From Octopus sinensis (taxonomy: Eukaryota), in the NCBI RefSeq assembly GCF_006345805.1, contig NC_043014.1, forward strand, positions 14,074,001 to 14,138,000: DNA of 64,000 nt, given 5' to 3'. A model generated the notes under the pieces. That model made no database searches. It was given only the letters and a program-made list of their open reading frames with translations, and was not told the origin of the DNA. Of the stretch, positions 63,161-64,000 are shown piece after piece. Made by a program: the position numbers and the translations under genes. Each line of letters starts with the position of its first letter. Position 1 is the first letter of the stretch.

Positions 63161-63499
63161 CATAATTATTTAGCATCAAAAGAAAGAAAACTATTGAATT
63201 TTACATTTTTGGATCTTTACAGTTGCTGTCACAGATTTCATATTTTGTCAATTGCGTTCCCATTGTTTTCATATTTGGTTGAACTGATTTAGTTATCATC
63301 ATCAGCATTTAACATCTGTTTTCCATGCTGGCATGGGTTAGACAGTTTGACTGGAACTGGTAAGATGGGGAGCTGCACCAGGTTCCAGTCTGATTTGGGA
63401 TGGTTTCTATAGCTGGATGCCTTTCCTAATGCCAAGAGTGCAATAGGAGTTTTTTAAGTACCACCAACAGAGATACCAGTTACGTGACACCAGCATCAG

Positions 63500-64000
63500 C
63501 CATGGTTTCTCTTGGCTTGATGGGTCTTCTCAAGTACGGCATATTGCCAAAAGTCTCGGTCACTTATTGCCTCCATGAGGCCCAACATTTGAAGGGTACT
63601 TTTTACATGCACCAGCATTGGCCACAACTATGGTTTCTCTTGGCTTGACGAATCTTCTCAAGCATGATATATTGTCAAATGGTCTTGGTCACTTATCACT
63701 GCCTCTGTGAGGCCCAACGTTTAAAGGGTAATTTTTATGTGCCACTGGCACAGGTGCCTGTTACATGCCACTGGTATCAGCCATGACTATGGTTTCTCTT
63801 GGCTTGATGGGTCTTCTCAAGGGTCTCAGTCACTTATTGCCTCCATGAGGCCCAACATTCGAAGGGTACTTTTCACATGCACCAGCATTGGTCACAATTA
63901 TGGTTTCTTGATGAGACTTCTCAAGCATGGCATATTGTCAAAAGGTCTCAGTCACTTATCATTGCTTCTGTGAGGCCCAACGTTCAAAGGGTAATTTTTA
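63500..64000. repeat. ~120-130-bp tandem repeat (GGTCACTTAT..GCCTC..TGAGGCCCAAC), ~4 copies, adjoining an RTE-type 3' end at 63295-63480
   Basis: Unit recurs at ~63505, 63630, 63790 and 63900 and runs off the window edge. Confidence 0.8.

Overview
AT-rich eukaryotic genomic DNA dominated by repeats. The SINE/LINE families and microsatellite load suggest an octopus (inference). There is one host gene: a minus-strand ZNF341 orthologue with 10 coding exons resolved by GT-AG boundaries and consistent phases between 62887 and 36349; its first coding exon lies beyond the right edge. The rest is mobile DNA: a nearly intact RTE LINE whose 3' UTR is amplified into a tandem array, a degraded full-length Dong/R4 element with 5'-truncated relatives all sitting in (AAT)n tracts, several mariner elements, hAT and piggyBac-like MITEs, CR1 3' ends, Penelope-like remnants with degenerate hammerhead cores, and three tRNA-derived SINE families. 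The most unusual object is a GC-rich R2-like retrotransposon fragment (3 zinc fingers, Myb, RT; one 840-codon frame with three stops). It lies outside rDNA and is bracketed by hAT-type terminal inverted repeats with a near-perfect 8-bp flanking duplication. A 1.1-kb circularly permuted inverted repeat at 20905-22026 is also unexplained. There is one 100-N gap (47369-47468). Repeat boundaries are approximate unless defined by TIRs or TSDs.
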